A stretch of DNA of 64,000 nucleotides from contig MU054448.1 in assembly GCA_013239625.1 (NCBI GenBank), positions 2,698,566 through 2,762,565 of the forward strand, read 5' to 3'. This stretch comes from Lama guanicoe. Lineage: Eukaryota. The notes beneath the pieces were generated by a model that did not search any database, was not told the origin of the DNA, and was given only the letters and a program-made list of their open reading frames with translations. Position 1 is the stretch's first letter, and every line of letters starts with the position of its first letter. Positions 1 to 11,480 of this stretch are shown piece after piece. The translations under genes were made by a program, and so were the position numbers.

Positions 1-102
1 TCAGTTTCTACCATTTTCCAACTGTGAGGCAATCAGATTGCTGACACCCCTTCCACATGTGCTGCAGCGTTATCTGGGGGTTCACTATGTAAGAAGCCAT
101 TT

Positions 103-157
103 TACGTGTGTGTGTGTGTGTGTGTGCGCGCGCGCGTGTGTGTACGCATGCGCACAC
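103..157. repeat. Compound (TG)n(CG)5(TG)n microsatellite; 55-bp uninterrupted purine-pyrimidine alternation
   Basis: Read directly: tacgtgtg...tgcgcgcgcgcgtgtgtgtacgcatgcgcacac. Confidence 0.95.
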
Positions 158-1000
158 CCAAAGCATAAGGTTCCTCTTGTGCTGTGGGTATGATGTCAGG
201 GGCCTTTTCTCATTCTCGTCCACAAAGCTTTCCTTCTTCTGATGCAGCAATTAGTCAACCATTAATAAAAAGACATTAGGTTATGCTTATTTATTTTTAA
301 GGCATGACATCATCCCCTGTCTTAATGTCTAGCAATGGGGCAATTCACAGGTCTTTCCATCTATTACATCATGGAAGCCAACTGAACTTGGCAATTACCT
401 TGCTGTTTTCACAACAGTGTTGAAAGCGGTGCTGAAAGGGGGGCTAGTCGTAAGGGTCTGAATAAACATCTCTGTGGCTGTGTGTCCTCTTGTTTTGTTA
501 AGAGAATTTGTATCCAGTGAAAAGTGCCTGCAGAGCCCAGGTCCAAGTGCAAATATCCCCACTTCATTCCAGAACAAAGCAACAACTCTCAGTCTGAGGG
601 GTCAGAATAGGCTTGGTAACATCCACAGTTGGTTGGCCAGCTGTCAGAGACCATACAGTAACGAAGTCTTTGGGTCTGCTAACTCAAAGCTACAGACGAA
701 GCTGACTCCTTGCAGGAGCACACCCGCTGAAACACTCCTGGCTTCGCAGAATTTTGAAAATGGAAAGGAAATTTGAGGCTCAAGCCGAGACACGGGGGAA
801 CTGAATCCTAAATGACTGAGGAAGTCTGATTAATGCTGAACAGTTAGCAAGTGGAAAGACTGGCTTTATTCCTACTCTGTGATAATACCTCTGTCTTACA
901 CATGCCGCCTCTCTAAACGAGTGTGGACTCTCTTCCCACAAGTGGGACTTGGGATATCTGGCTTGAATTTATCTGGCTGTTTGCAATGATTAAACAAACA

Positions 1001-1197
1001 AACAATAGATAAACAAGATTATACCGTATAGCACAGGGAAATACATACAAGATCTTGAGGTAGCTCATGGTGAAAAAGTATGTGACAACAAATATACATA
1101 CGTTCATGTATAACTGAAAACTTGTGCTCTACACTAGAAGTTGACACAACATTGTAAACAGACTACAACTCAATAAAATAAAACTTTAAAAATAAAT
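1001..1197 (+). mobile_element. 5'-truncated L1 3' end (camelid-type)
   Basis: tatagcacagggaa...gttcatgtataactgaaaa...ttgacacaacattgtaaa...aataaaa with A-rich tail; homologous to the other L1 tails at about 11.3 kb and 27.1 kb. Confidence 0.85.
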
Positions 1198-1751
1198 ACA
1201 ACCTTAAAGAGCTAAAAACAAAAACAGTTTCTCTTTGCTGAAGTACTCAAGTCACGAGGATGTTTTTCACACTGAAATAACTCTGTACCCATAATTCAAG
1301 CTCCAGGAACAGGACTGTTCAAGGATTTGATGTCAATGGACTATTGAAATGAAATCCTATCACTCTCTCTCTTCCCTGGACTCCGTATTTTAAGGACACA
1401 GGTTAGTCTTCACCAAAGGGATCAATCTTTTTTTCTCTACTCTCATTACAGTTGAGCCCAAAGCAGTGGCTTTATCAATAAAGGGTCTGATTATGTTGGT
1501 CATTAAGAAGATAATCAGATCTATTGCTCAGTGATGAAACTGCCAAAGGGCTAACTAATTGAACATAAAAGACATGGCCTTTGACCAAAGCCAGTCAAGG
1601 GAAACCTCTTTTTCCCAATCACAGTCTCTGCTCAGGACAAATCCATAATGACAAGACCCAGACTCTGACCATCGACTTTCCCAATACGTATGCTCTCTAG
1701 AATCAAGACCAAGATTTAAAACAGGTGGAACTATTTACGCAAGAGTGCAAG

Positions 1752-2242
1752 TGTAGGGGAGGAAAAAGTTTTCTTCGACCTTCTTAGGGTCCTGGCTGCG
1801 TCTAAAAATTAAACTGACAAAGAGAGATGAACAGGAGAAAAGCGCAAATATTTTATTGAAGTCTGACATGTCCAAGGAGCCTTCGAGAGAGAACAAAGTC
1901 CCAAAGAAGTATCCAGAGCAGGAAGCTCTTAGACCTTTAAGACAAAGAAACGCTACATCTATGAAGAATGGACAAGACAAAGGGGTGGGCCAGGGCTAGT
2001 AAATGGTGAAGATTAACCAGGTGGATAAGGGTGAGTTTAACAAGGCTGTTTACACAGCCTTCTCAGCCCCCAGTGCCACATCTCTGGTGATAAGAACATC
2101 TTTTCTCCCAGTACAGGGAGGGTACCTTCCACGTGGGAACTTAATGACCTGTTTCAGGGAAGAAGGGGGAAGGGAGAGGGTCAGAGCAACTTTCCTACTT
2201 CCACGGCTTCCTATTCCAGTATACCAAGCTGCCTGAACCCCA
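1752..2242 (-). mobile_element. ERV1 solo LTR, MER34/MER39-like
   Basis: Minus strand starts TGGGGTTCAG and ends ...TTTTTCCTCCCCTACA, with AATAAA followed by ttttctcctgttcatctctctttgtcagtttaa, as in MER34-group LTR 3' ends. No clear TSD. Confidence 0.7.
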
Positions 2243-2678
2243 CTGCCAACAATTATGTCCCAAGAATATGCCTAGAAGATTGTCATCCATCTCAGTAACC
2301 CACCCATTTAAAAAGGTCTGAATAGTTTTTTGTACTTTTGTTCATCTTAGGAGATAGAAGAAATGATATGCAACACAGAAATACCACCTTTTTCAACAAA
2401 ATTTGCTCTGGAGTGATTTCTCCCAACCACAGAAGAGTAAGCAGCACTTCACATGACATGGACCCTTTTGTACTTGTGAATGAAAACATCAAGAAAAGGA
2501 TTGTATTACTCAGCCCCAAGCTCCAAGCAGAAAGTGTGTCTATAACAAAATATAATTAGTTGGAACAAGATGCTGGAGACAGGGACACCAACTCTTCACA
2601 TAGCCACCAGGACTACCATGCATTTCATCACAGGACCCTAAAGGGTTCTGCACCGTATGCATGGCCAGTGACACATTG

Positions 2679-3018
2679 TGCTGTGAACTGAACATCTGCG
2701 TCCCCCTAAAATTCAACTGTTGAAACCTAACCCCCAGGGTGATGGTACTAGGAGGTGGCGCCTTTGGGAGGCGGTGAGGTCACGAGGGTAGAGACCCCAC
2801 AAGTGGGATTAGTGCTCTAACAAAACAGACCCTACAGAGCTCCGCAGCCCCTTCTGCCAAGTGAGGATACAATGATGAGTCTGTGACCTGGAAAAGGGGT
2901 CTCATATGATGAATGCTGGCACCCTGGCCTTGGACTTACAGGTTCCAGAGAAAAAAATGTGTGATATTATGTGCCACCTAGCTGCATTTTGTTACTGCAG
3001 CACCAACAGACTAAGACA
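2679..3018 (+). mobile_element. MaLR solo LTR (MLT1A-like)
   Basis: tgctgtgaactgaa...ccccctaaaattca...gtgatggtactaggaggtggcgcctttgggagg...ttggactt...gactaagaca; TG...CA termini. Confidence 0.85.
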
Positions 3019-3059
3019 CCATGCACTGTACCATTTGTGGACCCAAAAGAACTTCGTTG

Positions 3060-3948
3060 CTCAAAGAGAGTTCTGAGGAAACCCAACACCAACATCGCTG
3101 AGAGCGCATTAAAAAAAAAACAAACCCAGAATCTTGGGCCCCAATCAAGATGGATGGAATCAGAATCCACATCCTAACAAGCTCTGAAGGTGACTTGTAC
3201 ACACACTGACATTTGAGAAGTACTATTTTAGAGGAGTGATTCTCAAATTTGGGCAGTCACTGGAATAATGGAGAGTTTTAGAAAAGATTGACAATGAATT
3301 TAGAATACTCCCTCCCATCATACACAAAAAAATTAACTCAAAATGGCTTAAAGACTTAAATATAAGACAGGACATGATAAATCTCCCAGAAAAGGACGCA
3401 CGCAAAACATCCCCTGACATAAATTGCAGCGATGTTCTCCTAGGTCAGTCTCCCAAGGCAGTAGAAATAAAAGCAAAAATAAACAAATGGGGCCTAATTA
3501 AACTTAGAAGCTTTTGCACAGCAAAGGAAACCATAAACAAAAAGAAAAGTCAGCCTACCGACTGGGAGAAAATATTTGCAAACGATGCGACTGACAAGGA
3601 CTTAATTTCCAGAAAATATAAACAGCTCATACAACTCAATAACAACAACAACAAAAACCAATCCAAAAATGGGCAGAAGACCTAAACAGACATTTCTTCA
3701 ACAAAAACATACAGATGGCCAAGAGGCACACGAAAAGACGTGCAGTTATCACTAATTCTCAGAGAAAGGCAAATCAAAGCTACAATGATGTATCACCTCA
3801 CAAGGATTAGAATGGCCGTCATTAAAAGTCTACGAGCAGTAAATGCTGCAGAGGGTGTGGAGAAAGGGGAGCCGTCCTACACTGTTGATGGGAGTGTAAT
3901 TCGGTGCAGTCATTATGGAAACAGTATAGAGATTCCTTAAAAAACTAC

Positions 3949-3980
<32 letters not shown>

Positions 3981-4337
3981 ACATATATATATAACTATCG
4001 TGTATACCAAAAACTAGCCAACACTGTAAATCAAATATACTTTAAAAATAAAGAAAAAGACTGATGCCCAATTCTCATCCCCAAATATTTCAATTTAATT
4101 GCTATGAGGGTGGAGCCTGGGCCCTGGGGTGCTAACGTGTAGCTGAGTCTTTGATCTCTGCTCTAGGGCAGTGTTATCTCAAGCTGCCCTGGTAACCAGG
4201 TACTGGTTAAAATCTCAAATCCCCAGGCTCCACCCTGGAGTCACTGCTGCACTACCTCTGATGACCAGCTCTTGGAGGCTGTGTGTTCACAGGTGGCCCA
4301 GGTGATTCTGATCCTCAGAAACCTTTGGCAAACACTC
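3060..4337. mobile_element. Cluster of degraded MER5-like hAT-Charlie elements; the middle copy is split by an L1
   Basis: Repeated MER5 hallmarks (gtgattctcaaa, gaatcagaatc, ccccaggctccacc, caggtgattctgat, tttgagaagtact) at about 3060-3228, 3232-3291, 4055-4165 and 4168-4337. Confidence 0.6.
3292..4054 (+). mobile_element. L1 fragment (ORF2 C-terminal region plus 3' terminus, internally deleted, frameshifted)
   Basis: ORF-track peptides KAKINKWGLIKLRSFCTAKETINK...WEKIFAN and QIKATMMYHLT...[14 protein letters not shown] are L1 ORF2 motifs. Probable TSD aaaagattga (3282-3291) / aaaagactga (4055-4064). Confidence 0.92.
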
Positions 4338-4539
4338 AAGGGTAGCTTGAGCACACAGAGCATGAGAAGTAGTAGTATCGCTCAGAACAAGCTTCTGGGC
4401 TCTTCTCGCCCAAAGCGTTACTTTGTTGGTTCTCATTACACAGTCTTTCATGAGGCTCCACTATGAATTTATTGTGTTTTTCTCACTAACAGAGGGTTTT
4501 GACTATTAGCTTTTATATTTTAGAGCAGGATCTTTAAAT

Positions 4540-5560
4540 CCATCATTTATTCATTCAAAGAATACTTACCAAAGACTATATTTATTGGATAACGTTTTCA
4601 ACACTGAGCGTATAAAACAAAGTCCTTACTTCCATGATCGTTTTGTTTTAATGAGGGAATAGATCATGAAAAATGAGTAAACGGAAAATCTTTAGTGATA
4701 AGGGCTGTGAAGAAATAAAATGCATAAATGTACTAGAACGTGGCTGAGGGTGAAAAGCACCTGCTTTGGATAGGTTAATGGGAAGCCTTCTGTGAGGGGA
4801 GATTTTAAACTGACATTTGAAGATGAGAACCTGGGGAAAAAAATAGCCAATAAAAGTGTGCTCCAGGCAGAGGAAACAGTAAGTACAAAAGGCCAGACCT
4901 GGAGGAAGCCCAGTGTGTTCTAAGACCAGGACAACGCATACCACAGTGAGGACAAGAATGGTTCAAGGAGAGACTGCAGACACTGGCATGGAACCAGGTC
5001 ACCTAGGGCTTTGGCCATGGTAAAGGGCTTAGGTTTTATTCTAAGATCAATGGAAAGTCATTATAAACAGGGTAAACTGGGGGCTTGGGATTTGTAGATA
5101 TTAACTACTATACATAAAATGATAAACAAGGTCCTACTCTACAGCACAGGGAACTGTATTCAATACCTTGTAATAGCCTATAATGGAAGAGAATATACAA
5201 ATGTATGTATGTATATGCATGACTGGGACATTGTGCTGTACACCAGAAATGGACACATTGTATCTGTATTTCAAAAATAATAAAAAAGAAAAAGAATATG
5301 AAGAGGAATATATGTGTGAGTATAACTGAATCACTGCGCTGTATACCAGAAACTAACACAGCATTGTTAACTGACTATACATCAACTAAAAACACACGTT
5401 TTTAGAGAAAGTCATTAGAAAGCTTTCACAGGGAGGTGGCATGATTCGGAGGCTCTTTGGAGAAAGGTTTGCTGGGGCAAAAGCAGGGCTGGACGTCTAA
5501 CGAGGCAGCTGTTGTGGCTGTTGAGGTAAGAGATGATGGTGGCTTAGACTGGAGGAGGAG
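4540..5560 (-). mobile_element. L2 3' fragment interrupted by an L1 insertion
   Basis: tttattcattcaa tail, ccaggcagaggaaacag...caaaaggcc, ggttttattctaag...ggaaagtcatt, gtaagagatgatggtggcttagact. Confidence 0.75.
5064..5406 (+). mobile_element. L1 3' end(s): two tandem 3' termini inside one 11-bp TSD
   Basis: Perfect TSD gaaagtcatta at 5053-5063 and 5407-5417; two copies of the terminal gctgta(c/t)accagaaa...cattgt motif. Confidence 0.88.
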
Positions 5561-5870
5561 ACAAGGGAAAATGTGCAGCCAGCCCCAATGCATGGTCCAC
5601 TGACGTATTTCTATGATTTGATTTACTCCTCATTAAAAACAAAAACCTGGTCTGTTCCTATGGTGTTTAGGCTTTACTTGTTCTGTAGAAGCCTGTTTTC
5701 GTCTTTGTATACCCAGCCAGCAGAACTGGATTCTTCCCCATTAGGGTGTGAGACCAAGGGAGGACTGTCCACTCATTCCTGGTAAGCCTTTCACTCTGGT
5801 TTAGTTAGATTTTTATTCATAAATCTCTGCAGTATTTGCTTTTCCCAATACTTTTTTTTCTAGCTTTGGT

Positions 5871-6002
5871 NNNNNNNNNNNNNNNNNNNNNNNNNNNNNN
5901 NNNNNNNNNNNNNNNNNNNNNNNNNNNNNNNNNNNNNNNNNNNNNNNNNNNNNNNNNNNNNNNNNNNNNNNNNNNNNNNNNNNNNNNNNNNNNNNNNNNN
6001 NN
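5871..6002. other. Assembly gap (132 N)
   Basis: N run. Confidence 1.
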
Positions 6003-7509
6003 GCAAGGGGATTCAGAGAGCATGTTATTTCCAGCTGTGGGTTAGATCCCTATTTGGAAGGGAAAATTCTTAGCATCAAGAATATCATAGACTATATCCA
6101 GGTGTTTTTTAAAAAACTGCAAAAATATTGCAGCTAAGAAGAATCTTTCATTGTTACTTCAAGATGCCACACTTCTTCCCTAGTGAAAATGGATACCAGG
6201 CACTGCGCTTCTGAAAGGACTCCTGGAATCATTCCAGTCAGCTAGGATGGAAAGCGAGCTTTTGAGAACATTAAAAGCAGGAAACTGGAGCGAGAGAATG
6301 TGGGCATTTGCAAAGGTGCTAAAGATGAACAGGACTTAACTTTGTAAAGAAAGAAGTCTGGGGTAGGTGGTAGAAAATTCCATTCCGGAAGAATGAGAGT
6401 TATAAAAAACAGGGATTAGGAGGAGGGCTCGAGAAGTAATAAACCATTGCATTGATGGTGCTAGGTTAAGAGGAGGAGGGGAAAAAGCAAGGCGATGTCA
6501 TTATGACTCAAGCAAAACAGTTGCTCTTGGGGCCTGCACCAGTTACCAGCTCACAAATAGTTATACTCAGAACTCCTCAGACTGGGTTGTTAAGAATATA
6601 TGCCTGGATTTTAAGGTTGACCTCCAGGAAGACAGACAACCCATGCCTTTGTGTTACTTTCAGAGAACAGACATTGGAGTGATGGGATCATGGACCAATT
6701 CAGACTAAAGACTGAATTAAGTCTGCTGGGCTGTGATCCAATTAATAGCAAAGCAATTCAACATAATTGACCCGAGAAAAGTTGATTTGGTGACACATGG
6801 ATATAGCTTTGACAGCTTAGCAGTGAGATCAGGGAAGGAAATTAATATGTGATTTAAGTAAATTCAGGCACCTGGTAGTTTAATAGATTTAGACACTTTC
6901 ATCTTTTGTTATTGGATTGACTCTGGACCAGTTGGGAGTTACTGAAAAATTGATTGCAATAACCTGGCCTCCGTGATATGCCACTTTGGGGCTCAGAGCT
7001 CCTTCCTGGATCACTGAGGTGAAATGATGCCATGCGGCTCTGGCACAAGCTTGTGTATTTGATTTACACAGCCCAACCTTGTATTTCTTCCTAGGAGGGT
7101 GGCTGTAAAGCGTGATAAATGGTGAAAAGTTCTGGAACCAAAGGTAAGACTTAAAAATGCCAGAAAGACCTGGGTTGGACACAGTTCAAGCATTACACTT
7201 TTAATTAAACCAAGAAATTGGTCACAAGCTGGTTTCTTCTAGATTCTGGCCCTACATTTGATCCAGTATTTCCATGGCTGCTGCAAGGACCTGGGCTACT
7301 GGCTTAGCTCCACCTGAAAATACCTGCTCACGCTTTGGTTTTAGAGCCTGTGGTGTCTGGTGTGCCCCGTCCTCCCACTGCGCTGCTGGCGTGTAGGTGG
7401 TGTCTGGGTCCTGATACGATATAGGTGAAAAGAGTGGGTCTAAATTTTTCACAAGCTTTCTCACATGCAGAAGTAATCCAGGAGTATACAATTTCAAGCC
7501 CTATGGAAG

Positions 7510-8135
7510 TGAATGAAGTAGCAAGTAAAAGAGTATTTTACATTTAAATGGGCATCACTCAATGGCCTTCCAAAACTTCTGTACCAATCTGTTCTTACAT
7601 AAACGGTGTATCAGAGGGTCCTTTCTTTCTCATGTCTTTGCCGAGAGCTGGTACAACCATTGAGCTTGTCTGAATCTAAATCTGAATATGGTTTGGGGTT
7701 GGTTTTGTTCGTTCTACAAAATGGGATCACTCACTGTTCCCTAGACCCACATGTCTTCTTTCTTTTTCTTCTACAGCAAGTTCTCGGCCAGTGCTCTGCC
7801 TCTCACTGCTCTTTCCTTGGCCTGGTACACGTCCTCAGTTTCCCCATCTGGCATCCCCTTCAAGCCTTAACTCCACTGAAGCTTCTCCTTACAGAGCTTG
7901 CCTGTCCACTATTTTAAAGACAAACCAGATTCACTCAGAAGTGATTGCCTATCATATTTCTCTACCTGCTTCCCCCAAAGAACATATCCTCACCTAAAAT
8001 ACCCTTGTCCAGGTGTTTGCTTTCTCTCTCCCTCCACCAGAGCCTTGCTATCAGAGACCTGTATGTCTTTTACTGCACTCTTGCCCAGTGACTGGCAGAA
8101 AATAATGATGCCTTTGTTGACTTTATGGATGAATA
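7510..8135. mobile_element. Old L1 fragment (minus, about 7510-7710) followed by L2 fragment (plus)
   Basis: ccttccaaaacttctgtaccaat...gtgtatcagagggtcctttct resembles antisense L1 ORF2 end; then a pyrimidine-rich L2-like 3' end ending in ggatgaat. Confidence 0.5.
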
Positions 8136-8663
8136 GCTTCTCCATCTTTTTCTTGGAGTCCACAGATGGAGAGGAGTGGGGGAGGAAGATGTGGTATCTA
8201 TGATGACTCTTGCTTCATACCCCTTTCATATTCTCTTGAAAGGAATATGATGTCCCTCATAAAATCAGTGCCCTTTAAAGAAATGAGACACAGCTTCTCT
8301 CTTTATGGTCTCCTTTGATGATGAAATTAGGAAAAACCTATCATACTTTGAGACTCTTGCTTACTTTTCCTATTTGGTTCAATGAACCTTCCAAATGATA
8401 ATTTGCACCATAGACACCAAAATAACTTACTTGTTTTTAGTGGGAAAGAAGTATATTAATTTATCTGACTTGTGCACTTTCTCTAACTCCTAAGAAAAGG
8501 CATGGAAAGTTCGTGGCAATTTGGTATGACAGGGATTTTTCTTACTCTTCGTGGTTGTTTTTGTCTTTGGTTTTTTCCCCTATCTCATTGTACATTTTGA
8601 CAATACCAGAGTATAAGGGAGAAAATGTAATCCACATATAACTTTTTATTATTCAAATATGTT

Positions 8664-9141
8664 TTTCTTAAGCTGAATTCCTCTAAAAGCAGACTCTGAG
8701 ATAGTATTGGAGTGGAAGTCATTTACTCTGGAAGTAATTTAAGGAGGCACCTAGAGGAGAGTGGAGCAGTAGGAGGACGCAGGGGAGGAGGGCTGTGTCA
8801 AGGAGCAGGTGACCCTGAGAACTGGGGGGGGGGAGGGCTCAGTCCTGCTGGAAACATCTGTCAGACCATGTAAGACACATCTCTCAGTTGGCCCACCTGA
8901 GAGACAAGTAAATTAGTGAATTCGTATTCCATTTCCAGTCCATGACTGGCTGAGGGCTGCTTCTACAGGTGTTAGCTCCCTGGCCCCCTTCTCTCATCTT
9001 CTGAGTCCTGCCCCAAGCACAGGCTGTGCAAGCTACCATGGCCAGAGAAAGCCCTCAGGCAGACAGTCGTGGGTCCTTACAATATGAGGACAGCATGTGC
9101 CAAAAAGACACCGAAAGGGCGCTGCCGACACCTGCTGTACA
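8664..9141 (-). mobile_element. ERVL solo LTR (LTR16-like)
   Basis: Minus strand carries ctgagggctttctctggcc and ends atctcagagtctgcttttagaggaattcagcttaagaa, matching LTR16-family hallmarks. Confidence 0.7.
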
Positions 9142-9319
9142 TCATTAGAGACAGGTCCAGGTAGATCCACGCTAGCACCAAGTCCTACCCACCCCCCACC
9201 CCAAACAGGCAGCGGTTAACAAATAGAGCATCCACAGAAACACGAGTTAGGAAAGTCAAATTCAAGGCTGAGCATACAAACAAAATCACTGTTAGTATTT
9301 GGGGCAGTGAGTCAAGGCT

Positions 9320-9606
9320 TCAAACATGCTTCCCCTGATTGGCTTGGTCTCCTGGATTCCCAGCATCTATCATGAGGAGGATGCACACCTAGGTTGTATT
9401 TGGTCCAAGGAGAACGTGAAGTGGGGCAGACCTGAATCCAGCCTGAAGTCAGGAGCCCCACCCAGCCAAAGTAGAGCCATCTAAAGTAGAGCCACTCTAG
9501 TCTCCAGACCTCTGAACAAGAGAAACAAGTGCTTGATATTGTAAGCCACTGCTTTTCGGAGCTGTGTGTTATGAGACATTATCACAAGGGGTAGCGGGCT
9601 AATGCA
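9320..9606 (+). mobile_element. Old MaLR LTR 3' half (MLT1I/J-like)
   Basis: ggggcagacctgaatccagcctg...agaaacaagtgcttgatattgtaagccactg...tgtgttatg. Confidence 0.65.
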
Positions 9607-9699
9607 GTACTCAAGGGGCTAGATTAAATAAAGCAATGAGGACAATAGTTTAAGATAAATATTATTACAGTCCTCATGGATATGGAGTGGTTATTACAG

Positions 9700-10020
9700 A
9701 CCATTTAAGAATGGAGAGAGAATCAATGAGAGAACTTGTGAACTGTAAATGTCATCACTAAAATTAAAAGCTTGGTGGTATGGACTAAACAGCAACACGG
9801 AAACAGATAAAGAACAAATTCATTAGGTAACAGATTGGGACAAAAACTTGATCCAATGTTCAGCACAAAGAAAGAAAAGGGTAATTATGAAATGAAAATT
9901 TCAACATGATGGATAGATCCAAGAATGGAAGGAAAGGAATATGGAGAGTAGTGAGAAAAAAATTTTGGAACTAAGAACTCATCAAAAGTATCCATCACCT
10001 AGATACAGCATGGCAAAATT
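9700..10020 (+). mobile_element. Old L1 ORF1-region remnant
   Basis: A-rich aaattaaaa...tggactaaacagca...gaaacagataaagaacaaatt...cagcacaaagaaag. Confidence 0.45.
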
Positions 10021-10744
10021 AGAATAAGAATAAGAACTTGAGAGAGAGAGAGCATGCAAGCGAGCGAGCATGAAAGACAGGAGGGTCAGACAACTGTTAG
10101 TGGAAAAAGGACAACAACTTTACATCTATCCTTGCCGGAGAAGTCTCGCCCACACACTCACAGTGACCCTTGGAGTCCTAGACAATAACAGACATGCAAA
10201 ACAAGCGTGACCTATCCTGGCCCAGTTCTGTAAGATCAGCTTTATGGTATCTTTCCAAGCATTTCAAGAGTTCAATTTGTTAGAATCCTTGCTGATTTAA
10301 ATAGTGAAATTTTAGGTCATTTATGGGATCAGGAACAGGATCACACCCGCTTTTGAATTACACCAGGATGAAGCCATGGTCTCTACAACTCTGGCCTCAC
10401 GTTTATAAGGTGGTGTTAACAGCTTGGGCAGGAGCTCTGTGTAAGTTCCCTGTCCGTGACCTACAGCAAGGACGTGAAGACTTGCTGGACTGAACACTGT
10501 AATGTAGAGGCTACAGTCCCTCTTTAACATTAAAAAGGATAATGATCTAGATAGTTGGAACAAGAAAACAAGTCCTTTATTATTCCCTAGGGAAAGGTAT
10601 CCAAGGATGAAGAAATAAGAAACAAGAAAAATAATACAGATGCATTCATCAGCAACACTGAATTTAAAAATTCAATGAAAAAAAAAAGAAGCTTTGGTAA
10701 ACTAGGAAAAGTGGACAATGTTGTTAACTCCCTAAAAGTTATTC

Positions 10745-10891
10745 NNNNNNNNNNNNNNNNNNNNNNNNNNNNNNNNNNNNNNNNNNNNNNNNNNNNNNNN
10801 NNNNNNNNNNNNNNNNNNNNNNNNNNNNNNNNNNNNNNNNNNNNNNNNNNNNNNNNNNNNNNNNNNNNNNNNNNNNNNNNNNNNNNNNNNN
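10745..10891. other. Assembly gap (147 N) at the 5' side of an L1
   Basis: N run. Confidence 1.
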
Positions 10892-11480
10892 CAGAGAAAA
10901 CTCTTAATTCAAAAAGACACAGTGTTCATAGCAGCACAATTTACAATAGCCAAGACATGGAGCAACCCAGGTGCCTACTTGACAGATAACTGGATAAAGA
11001 TGTGGTACATATATACAATGGAATAATACTCAGCCATAAAAAAGAATGAAATAATGCCCTCTGCAGCAACATGGATAGACCAAGAGATTATATTAGGTAA
11101 AGTAGGCTGGAGAAAGACAAATATTATACAGTATCACTTATATGTGGAAAATAAAACAATGATACTAACGAACTTATTTACAAACCAGAAAGAGACTCAC
11201 AGACATAGAAAAAATCTTATGGTTACCAAAGTTATGGGAAAGGGTAGGGAAGGGAGAAATTGGCAGATACACACTACTATATAAAATAGGTAAACAACAA
11301 GGTCCTACTGTATAGCACAGGGAACTATATGCAATATACACTTGTAATAAACTATAATGAAAAGAATATGAAAAAGAATATACATATGTATAACTGAATC
11401 ACTTTGCTATACACCAGAAACTAACACAACATTGTAAATAAGCTATACTTCGATTAAAAATAAAAGTAAAAAATATTAAA
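10892..11480 (+). mobile_element. L1 ORF2 end plus 3' UTR
   Basis: gttcatagcagcacaatttacaatagccaagacatgg...cagccataaaaaagaatgaaataatgcc...tataactgaatcactttgctatacaccagaaactaacacaacattgtaaa, then an A-rich tail. Confidence 0.93.

Noticed and set aside
3374-3940. ORFs of 103 and 66 aa with protein-like sequence
   Set aside because: Frameshifted L1 ORF2 fragments, not a host gene.
5817-6045. ORFs containing runs of X (also at 10675, 35369-35698 and 42805-43191)
   Set aside because: Open only because they cross N gaps.
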